A stretch of DNA of 64,000 nucleotides from Eubacteriales bacterium (GTDB lineage Bacteria > Bacillota > Clostridia > Oscillospirales > UMGS1783), in NCBI GenBank assembly GCA_045595395.1, contig JAZOAH010000008.1:27857-91856 (forward strand), in the 5' to 3' direction. Below, one piece after another: positions 19,467 to 25,203 of this stretch. Under the pieces are notes generated by a model, which worked only from the letters and a program-made list of their open reading frames with translations, did no database searches and was not told the DNA's origin. The first letter of the stretch is position 1; each line of letters starts with the position of its first letter. The position numbers and the translations under genes were made by a program.

Positions 19467-19494
19467 ATTGAACAAAATATTCATTTTGTTTAAT
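19467..19494 (+). other. attL: symmetric dif-like recombination site (11-6-11)
   Basis: ATTGAACAAAA-TATTCA-TTTTGTTTAAT; arms are inverted repeats (extend to 13 bp, 19465-19496, one mismatch); each arm matches the E. coli XerD arm TTATGTTAAAT at 9/11. Confidence 0.85.
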
Positions 19495-19496
19495 TT
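19478..19496 (+). repeat. Left 19-bp att core direct repeat
   Basis: TATTCATTTTGTTTAATTT, identical to 25113-25131. Confidence 0.95.
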
Positions 19497-19510
19497 AAGG
19501 GGGGATTTTT

Positions 19511-19600
19511 TTGTCTGTTTTAGAATGGCTTTTGTTCATGTCCGTTTCCCTGCAAGTGCTCCAATTTTTATTTTTTCTAAAGGATAGGTATCTAAAATGA
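19511..19600 (+). CDS. Prophage 29-aa hydrophobic peptide (not in ORF track)
   Basis: TTG start after AAGGGGGGA; MSVLEWLLFMSVSLQVLQFLFFLKDRYLK; ATGA overlap with the next ORF. Confidence 0.55.
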   Translation: MSVLEWLLFMSVSLQVLQFLFFLKDRYLK

Positions 19601-19782
19601 ATGAAATTAAAAATGTTAAGTTTCGTTTGAAATCTGAAATGCCCAAGTTGTCTACTGATGCCGTGCAAGAGTTTGAAGATGCTTTTTGGCGTCTTGTAGA
19701 TATGTATGGCATACCCGAGGCCTGCAATAAAACTTTGTCTATTGTTGAAGATCTTCTTGATGAGATCATGAACCATGAGTAA
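19597..19782 (+). CDS. Prophage hypothetical protein, 61 aa
   Basis: RBS-like AAGGATAGGT; part of the chain of overlapping ORFs. Confidence 0.65.
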   Translation: MNEIKNVKFRLKSEMPKLSTDAVQEFEDAFWRLVDMYGIPEACNKTLSIVEDLLDEIMNHE

Positions 19783-19942
19783 TGATGTGTATGCCGTGAA
19801 CGGCTTTTATTGGGCTTTAGATTCCCTTTGCCGTTATCATGCCGGTAATAATGATGTCATTACTACAATTCGTGCACTAGATGAAGTGCGTGAGACTCTG
19901 CTTAAAGATGCAGAATATAAAACAAATAATGAGGTGAAATAA
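19775..19942 (+). CDS. Prophage hypothetical protein, 55 aa (not in ORF track)
   Basis: MSNDVYAVNGFYWALDSLCRYHAGNNDVITTIRALDEVRETLLKDAEYKTNNEVK; overlaps both neighbours (8 nt, TAATG). Confidence 0.6.
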   Translation: MSNDVYAVNGFYWALDSLCRYHAGNNDVITTIRALDEVRETLLKDAEYKTNNEVK

Positions 19943-20055
19943 TGTATCGTTCTACTGCTCCCCGTGGTGATCACCACGTTTTCCGCCGTACTGCCGCCAG
20001 TACCAAGCGCATCAATGTGAATCCAGGTAATTATCGTGGAGGTATCCGTCTGTGA
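19942..20055 (+). CDS. Microvirus DNA-binding/packaging protein VP8 (J-like), 37 aa (not in ORF track)
   Basis: MYRSTAPRGDHHVFRRTAASTKRINVNPGNYRGGIRL with the FRRTA..K.IN..RGGIRL hallmark; GAGGTG RBS. Confidence 0.9.
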   Translation: MYRSTAPRGDHHVFRRTAASTKRINVNPGNYRGGIRL

Positions 20056-20219
20056 GTGATAAATTTCTAAAAATTTTGATGGATGCTCGGTTATTTCTTC
20101 TGGAAATCTTAAATGAGGTTGAGGATGCCGATGATCTCGGCTATATGTGCCGCAATCTTAAAACTTTACTATCTGAACATGAACTGCTCAGTATTTACAA
20201 AAAGGAGTGTCAAGAATGA
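20052..20219 (+). CDS. Prophage hypothetical protein, 55 aa (not in ORF track)
   Basis: GTG start 8 nt after GGAGGT; MSDKFLKILMDARLFLLEILNEVEDADDLGYMCRNLKTLLSEHELLSIYKKECQE; GTGA and ATGA overlaps. Confidence 0.6.
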   Translation: MSDKFLKILMDARLFLLEILNEVEDADDLGYMCRNLKTLLSEHELLSIYKKECQE

Positions 20220-20551
20220 AACAGCGCTTATATTCGATTTATGATATGCGTTCCAAAACCTATGGAATCCCTTTCGTTGCAGTAAACGACGACATTGCCA
20301 AGCGCACTGTGGCGTCGACTTTGCTCAGTGTCCCCCCTACCCATCTGATGTTTGCCTTTGCATCCGACTATGAATTATATTATCTTGGTGAGGTGATGGA
20401 AAATGGTAGTTTGGCTACGGCTGAAACTGGCGCTCAAGCAATTACTTTCCTTAGTGATATCCTTCAAGTATACAAAGTGAATGAAAAAAGAGAGGTGATT
20501 TTGAATGATGTTCGCATGCAGAACGAGCCGCAGAGAGACCACGCCGAGTAA
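20216..20551 (+). CDS. Microvirus nonstructural protein VP5 (C-like)
   Basis: LYSIYD....YGIPF....DD.A.R...DYELYYLGE...G pattern; AAAGGAG RBS favours ATG 20216. Confidence 0.85.
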   Translation: MKQRLYSIYDMRSKTYGIPFVAVNDDIAKRTVASTLLSVPPTHLMFAFASDYELYYLGEVMENGSLATAETGAQAITFLSDILQVYKVNEKREVILNDVRMQNEPQRDHAE

Positions 20552-20984
20552 GTCCGGCTCTCCTACTGCCCCTATTTTCGTTAAAGCCTTTGATGAAAAT
20601 GGTGAGCCTTATCTCGCTGAAAAAGGTGTTAAAAATATTTACGATATCATTCAGTCTTATCATGATGATACTCGTATCGAGAGCATTGTATCTCGTTATG
20701 AGCAAGGTGATAAGTCTGTCCTTGGCAAGCTGCAGGGCTTTTATGCAGATATGACTGCCCAGGCTAAAACGCTCCAAGAGGCTGAAAATGCTATGATCAA
20801 AGTAAAATCCTTGTATGATCGTATGCCTACTGCTGTGAAACATAAATTTCCTGATGTAAATTCTTTCATTGGCGCTATTGGTACTGATGATCTGAAACAG
20901 ATGCTCACGCCGGCGAAGGACACGGACAAGCCCAGTGAAGTTAAAGAAACGGTAAAGGAGAAGGTAGATAATGTTACAGCGTAA
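20505..20984 (+). CDS. Microvirus internal scaffolding protein VP3 (B-like)
   Basis: IQSYHDDTRIESIVSRYEQGD...GFYADMT...LQEAEN...YDRMPTAVKHKF pattern; directly upstream of VP1. Confidence 0.85.
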   Translation: MMFACRTSRRETTPSKSGSPTAPIFVKAFDENGEPYLAEKGVKNIYDIIQSYHDDTRIESIVSRYEQGDKSVLGKLQGFYADMTAQAKTLQEAENAMIKVKSLYDRMPTAVKHKFPDVNSFIGAIGTDDLKQMLTPAKDTDKPSEVKETVKEKVDNVTA

Positions 20985-22791
20985 TGTAAATAGCCGTTTT
21001 GCACAAAATCCCACCCTTGAAAATCAACGCTCCCGTTTTGATCGAAATAATACTTATAAGACCACTTTTAATGCTGGTGATCTCATTCCCATTTATGTTG
21101 ATTCAGATATTCTTCCCGGCGATACGGTAACTATGGATACTGCGTCTGTTGTCCGCATGTCCACCCCGATTTACCCGGTCATGGATAATGCTAATATCGA
21201 CATTTTTTGGTTCTTCGTCCCCCATCGTATTGTATGGGATGATTTTGAACACTTTATGACTGGCGGGCTCGATGCCGGCGAATGGGATGCCCCGACCGTA
21301 TATGAGCCGCCTATGGTGCGCCCTCGAACTTTTTCCTATCCTTCCGGTCAGTTTGAATACAAAGGTTATCCATCTAAAACTTTAGCGGACTATATGGGTA
21401 TTCCTTGTGGTTTTTCTGCACCTGGTGATGAGCGTGCTTTTAATACGGATATTGCCGAAGGTGTTTCTGCTCTTCCTTTCCGTGCGTATGCTAAGATCTG
21501 GAACGATTGGTTTCGGTCATCGTCGATTCAACCGGAAATTCTTATTCCGACCACTAGTGGTTTTTCTTGGCAACCCATATTTTATGTGAATGATGGCGCT
21601 CCTGTAGATGGATATAAGCAATTATATTCTTATGGTGATCATGCTAATGTTCTTGTAAAAAATGAAGGCACGACCGTTTATGGCGGTGCTTTGCTTAAGG
21701 CCAACAAATATCATGACTTTTTCACCAGCGCTCTTATCGAGCCTCAGCGTGGTGAGCCTGTCGGTGTTCCGCTTGAAGGTGCTTTGCCTGTTGTTACTAC
21801 TGGTGTTAATACATGGCATATTCCGCTGGATACTCCTCCGCTTATGTTTGCTAAACAGGACAAGGCCATGTCTGGCACATATGAAGAGGTAGGTTTTTTA
21901 CAGACAGTTGGGCCTGACAATGTTTATGCTTCGCCTGGTTCTGTATCTGCTGGTCAGGAAAATCTTAACGGTTATTGGTTAAATCCTGTTAATCTTGTTG
22001 CTGATACTTCGGTAAGCAATACATTGCAGATTTCCATTAACGATCTTCGTCATGCTATGGCTGTTCAGCACATTCTCGAACTTGACGCTCGTTCCGGATC
22101 CGGACGATATATTGACCTTTTGAAAGGTCATTTCGGTGTCACCTCTCCTGATGCTCGCCTTCAGCGTGCTGAGTATCTTGGCGGTGCCTCGATTCCCATT
22201 AACATTACTCCGGTAGCGCAGACCTCGCAGACGAGTGATGTGTCCCCTCAGGGTAATGTTGCGGCATACTCTTGGACTAGTGATGTGTCCAGTTCTTTTA
22301 CTAAGTCTTTTGTTGAGCATGGTACTTTGATGTGTCTTGCCGTTGTTCGTCATGTCAGATCTTATCAGCAAGGCCTTCACAAGATGTGGTCACGGCCGAC
22401 CCGCTACGATCACTATTGGCCGTCTTTGGCTAATATATCTGAACAGGCTATCCTCAACAAGGAGATCTTTGTTTCCGGTGATCCGGAAATAGATAACCAG
22501 GTTTTTGGATATCAAGAGGCCTTTGCCGAGTATCGTTATAAGCCTAGTATTGTTACTGGCGCTATGCGTTCCTCTTATCCGCAGCCGTTGGACGCTTGGC
22601 ATTATGCTGACTATTATACCGGCACGCCGCATCTGTCCTCTGAATGGTTGCAGGAAGGTAGTGAAGAAATTGACCGCACACTTGCAGTTTCTTCGGCTGT
22701 TGAAGATCAGTTTATCGGTGACTTTGCGTTCAACTCCCAGTGGTACCGTGTAATGCCGATGTATTCGATCCCTGGCCTCGATCGCATGTAA
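20971..22791 (+). CDS. Microvirus major capsid protein VP1 (F-like), 606 aa
   Basis: RSRFDR..TYKTTFNAGDLIP, PGDT, PVMDN, FFVPHRIVW, LPFRAY..IWNDWFR, DARLQRAEYLGG, FGYQEAFAEYRYKPS, MPMYSIPGL. Confidence 0.98.
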   Translation: MLQRNVNSRFAQNPTLENQRSRFDRNNTYKTTFNAGDLIPIYVDSDILPGDTVTMDTASVVRMSTPIYPVMDNANIDIFWFFVPHRIVWDDFEHFMTGGLDAGEWDAPTVYEPPMVRPRTFSYPSGQFEYKGYPSKTLADYMGIPCGFSAPGDERAFNTDIAEGVSALPFRAYAKIWNDWFRSSSIQPEILIPTTSGFSWQPIFYVNDGAPVDGYKQLYSYGDHANVLVKNEGTTVYGGALLKANKYHDFFTSALIEPQRGEPVGVPLEGALPVVTTGVNTWHIPLDTPPLMFAKQDKAMSGTYEEVGFLQTVGPDNVYASPGSVSAGQENLNGYWLNPVNLVADTSVSNTLQISINDLRHAMAVQHILELDARSGSGRYIDLLKGHFGVTSPDARLQRAEYLGGASIPINITPVAQTSQTSDVSPQGNVAAYSWTSDVSSSFTKSFVEHGTLMCLAVVRHVRSYQQGLHKMWSRPTRYDHYWPSLANISEQAILNKEIFVSGDPEIDNQVFGYQEAFAEYRYKPSIVTGAMRSSYPQPLDAWHYADYYTGTPHLSSEWLQEGSEEIDRTLAVSSAVEDQFIGDFAFNSQWYRVMPMYSIPGLDRM

Positions 22792-22805
22792 GCCTATCCC
22801 GTCCA

Positions 22806-22850
22806 TTGCCCGGTATGCCCTCGTGACCTCTGCCGGGCACAATTTTTATT
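22806..22850 (+). terminator. Stem-loop after VP1 (candidate weak terminator)
   Basis: TGCCCGGTA-N15-TGCCGGGCA then CAATTTTTATT. Confidence 0.45.
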
Positions 22851-22860
22851 GAGGTGTATT

Positions 22861-23013
22861 ATGAATCAGATCCAATTAGAAAGTGTTTTAGATGCTATTG
22901 AGCATAAACTAGATATTCTTTTCGATTCCTGTACTGGTGTTCAGTTGTTTGATATTTATGGTTACCTTCGTGATGAATCAGATCGTTTTCTAAAAAAGTA
23001 TATTGATGCATAA
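22861..23013 (+). CDS. Prophage hypothetical protein, 50 aa (not in ORF track)
   Basis: GAGGTG RBS; MNQIQLESVLDAIEHKLDILFDSCTGVQLFDIYGYLRDESDRFLKKYIDA; stop overlaps the VP2 RBS (TAAGGAG). Confidence 0.65.
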   Translation: MNQIQLESVLDAIEHKLDILFDSCTGVQLFDIYGYLRDESDRFLKKYIDA

Positions 23014-23024
23014 GGAGTGATTTT

Positions 23025-23711
23025 ATGCTTGCTCAACATGCCGGTGGTGGTTTTGCCGCAGGTAATTCCGCTAGTAATATTCTTAATGGAAAAACTAACG
23101 GTAATACTCTTGTCGGTGCTTTTGATGCGTATGCGCAAGATTTTGCATTAAGTAGTGGTAATTATATTGCCCCGCTTATAAATGGTCTTTATGACTCTAT
23201 TTTGAGTGCTGAGCAGACCAGTGCAAATAAGCAGATGGCATTTCAGCGAGAGCAGAATGAACTTGCTATGTCTTATAATTCTTCTGAGGCGCAGAAAGCG
23301 CGTGATTTTAATGCTGAACAAGCCGCAATTAATCGTCAATTTCAGCAAACTAGTGCTGATAAGCAGATGGCGTTTCAGGAGCGTATGAGTAATACTCAGT
23401 ATCAGCGTGCTGTTGAGGATCTGAAGAAAGCCGGATTGAATCCTATTCTTGCCGCAGGTGCTAGCGCATCTTCCCCGGCTGGATCCTCGGCCTCCGGCTC
23501 TTCGGCCTCCGGTGCGTCTTCCGCAATTTCTGCAATGTCGGGATCTAAGGCTAATGCCTCCGGTGCTGGTTCCTCTGCTGTTTCTGCTTTTAATGCTCTA
23601 CTTGGATTTATTGGTAATCAATCGGAAATGTATAATTCCGGCATGCAAGGTCTTACTGGTCTTGCCAATCGTGCATTTTCTCTTTTAGGTGTTAATGCAA
23701 AACGCCGTTGA
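23025..23711 (+). CDS. Microvirus DNA pilot protein VP2 (H-like), 228 aa
   Basis: FQERMSNTQYQRAVEDLKKAGLNPILA motif, 11-residue coiled-coil repeats, Ser/Ala/Gly-rich tail. Confidence 0.93.
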   Translation: MLAQHAGGGFAAGNSASNILNGKTNGNTLVGAFDAYAQDFALSSGNYIAPLINGLYDSILSAEQTSANKQMAFQREQNELAMSYNSSEAQKARDFNAEQAAINRQFQQTSADKQMAFQERMSNTQYQRAVEDLKKAGLNPILAAGASASSPAGSSASGSSASGASSAISAMSGSKANASGAGSSAVSAFNALLGFIGNQSEMYNSGMQGLTGLANRAFSLLGVNAKRR

Positions 23712-23843
23712 TTATCCATATACTTCTTGTAGTGTTTCAAGGAACATTTGCATTGCTTTGAATCTACTCGTATAGTCAAGTAATATGATTACTAAAACTA
23801 TAACGGTTATTGCAAGTATTGCTATGGTGATATTTTTCCACAT
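23712..23843 (-). CDS. Prophage antisense 43-aa single-TM protein (not in ORF track)
   Basis: MWKNITIAILAITVIVLVIILLDYTSRFKAMQMFLETLQEVYG; GAAAGGA RBS 8 nt upstream; stop abuts the VP2 stop exactly. Confidence 0.7.
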   Translation of the reverse strand: MWKNITIAILAITVIVLVIILLDYTSRFKAMQMFLETLQEVYG

Positions 23844-23866
23844 GGTCCCTTTCCTTTCTATTCAGC

Positions 23867-23875
23867 ATTGTAGCA
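23867..23875 (-). promoter_or_regulatory. Extended -10 promoter candidate for the antisense gene
   Basis: TGcTACAAT on the minus strand, placing the start of transcription near 23860 just ahead of the RBS; no good -35. Confidence 0.5.
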
Positions 23876-23960
23876 ATTTTTATTTGACAAGCTGTACAGT
23901 TCCCGAGCCGAAAGCCGCCTTGCGGCGAACCCGGCACCGTCCAGTTGTAATTGACGGATG

Positions 23961-23997
23961 CTCAGCCCCATTACCCTCTTGATGTAATGGGGCTGAG
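23961..23997 (+). other. Viral-strand rolling-circle origin hairpin
   Basis: Perfect 14-bp stem CTCAGCCCCATTAC/GTAATGGGGCTGAG with loop CCTCTTGAT, matching the phiX174 nick core CTTG^AT; just upstream of rep. Confidence 0.85.
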
Positions 23998-24028
23998 TGA
24001 CACAATTTACAGAAAAGAGGTGATAATT

Positions 24029-25105
24029 GTGTCTTGTGATTGTCCTAATATTGGTATCTTTAAGCGTGGCCTAGATGGTAAACGTGAACTTGTGAAAATG
24101 TTTCAGTATGTACCGGATAAGATGATTGATAATTACTACAAAGATTATTGTAATCTCTTTGCCGATAAATCCGATACTGAGATAAAATACCAAAAGACCG
24201 CTGATGGATACCATGAAATTATGCTTTTGCCTTGTGGTAAGTGTATAGGTTGTCGGTTAGAGTATTCTCGTCAATGGGCGATGCGTTGTACTCTTGAGGC
24301 TCTACAGCATGAGTGCAATTATTTTGTTACCCTCACTTATGATGACCTTTCTGTCCCTACAAACCCCTACAAGTTGTGTTGTGATCCTGATACTGGCCTT
24401 GTTACACATGATGGTCATTCTCATCCCCTTGTTCCGGATGATCTGAAGAAATTTATTAAGGACTTGCGCCGTCATTATGAGTATCATTATAACCATAAAG
24501 GTATTAGGTTTTTCGCTTGTGGTGAGTATGGCGGTAAGACCGCACGCCCTCATTTCCATATCATACTGTTTAATTGCCCAATTTTAGACCTAGAACTTTA
24601 CAAGAGGAATTTTCAAGGAAAGCCTTACTTTAATTCAAAAACATTTGACAAGATATGGAATAAAGGTTATACTGTTATTGCAGAGTGTTGTTTTGATACT
24701 TGCGCCTATGTTGCCCGGTATATCATGAAAAAGCAGACCGGACAAAACAGGGTTATTTATGACAATCTCGATGTAACTCCTGAATTTACTCGCATGTCAA
24801 GAAAGCCCGGCATAGGCCGAACTTATTTTGATGAAAATCTAGATAAGATCTACACCTATGATCAAGTTACCTTGCTAGGTGCAGATGGTAAAGCATTACA
24901 GCCCTGCCCGCCTAAATACTTTGATAAGATTTATGCGGAACTCGAGCCTGACCACTTTGAAGAGGTCAAGCAAAAACGGCTTGTTAATCAAGCCAAAGTA
25001 GAAAGGAGTCGTGAATATCAAACAGGTTTATCCAAGGCAACTCATATCCACATGCAAACGCACGAGCGTGATCGTGCAATTCTCGCTCTAAAACGGCAGA
25101 ATTAG
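24029..25105 (+). CDS. Microvirus replication initiator VP4 (HUH endonuclease, A-like), 358 aa
   Basis: PCGKCIGCRL, FVTLTY (motif I), RPHFHIILF (HUH), YVARYIMKK (motif III, two Tyr), MSRKPGIG; GTG start after GAGGTG gives MSCDCP. Confidence 0.96.
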   Translation: MSCDCPNIGIFKRGLDGKRELVKMFQYVPDKMIDNYYKDYCNLFADKSDTEIKYQKTADGYHEIMLLPCGKCIGCRLEYSRQWAMRCTLEALQHECNYFVTLTYDDLSVPTNPYKLCCDPDTGLVTHDGHSHPLVPDDLKKFIKDLRRHYEYHYNHKGIRFFACGEYGGKTARPHFHIILFNCPILDLELYKRNFQGKPYFNSKTFDKIWNKGYTVIAECCFDTCAYVARYIMKKQTGQNRVIYDNLDVTPEFTRMSRKPGIGRTYFDENLDKIYTYDQVTLLGADGKALQPCPPKYFDKIYAELEPDHFEEVKQKRLVNQAKVERSREYQTGLSKATHIHMQTHERDRAILALKRQN

Positions 25106-25129
25106 AGAATAGTATTCATTTTGTTTAAT
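25102..25129 (+). other. attR: hybrid dif-like site with degenerate phage arm
   Basis: TTAGAGAATAG-TATTCA-TTTTGTTTAAT; the left arm matches the host arm at only 5/11 and contains the VP4 stop codon. Confidence 0.8.
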
Positions 25130-25131
25130 TT
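25113..25131 (+). repeat. Right 19-bp att core direct repeat
   Basis: TATTCATTTTGTTTAATTT, identical to 19478-19496. Confidence 0.95.
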
Positions 25132-25156
25132 TATCATAAAATATAACTATTGTCAA
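25128..25156 (-). promoter_or_regulatory. Sigma-A promoter, inferred native promoter of the recombinase gene, now facing antisense into VP4
   Basis: TTGACA (25156-25151)-N17-TAAAAT (25133-25128) with extended TG; the -10 box overlaps the att repeat. Confidence 0.8.
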
Positions 25157-25203
25157 TATCTTTTATCCCCCAAACAAAATACGATACTTAGGAGAAAAAA
25201 CTC

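Larger units (their letters stand above)
19478..25131 (+). mobile_element. Integrated Microviridae (gokushovirus-like) prophage, 5,635-bp unit
   Basis: VP8, VP5, VP3, VP1, VP2, ori hairpin and VP4 between two perfect 19-bp direct repeats; T-rich plus strand; no integrase. Confidence 0.96.

Noticed and set aside
19495-19776. Minus-strand ORFs (93 and 77 aa) at the left end of the prophage
   Set aside because: Antisense to the coupled plus-strand ORF chain, no RBS or recognisable motif
23884-23912. TTGACA as a rep promoter
   Set aside because: No -10 box at 16-18 bp spacing
23785-23982. Plus-strand 65-aa hydrophobic ORF between VP2 and VP4
   Set aside because: No RBS, crosses the origin hairpins and is the shadow of the better-supported minus-strand gene; not fully excluded
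23951-24028. ORF-track TTG start for VP4
   Set aside because: It runs through the ori hairpin and lacks an RBS; GTG 24029 has GAGGTG and gives a typical N-terminus
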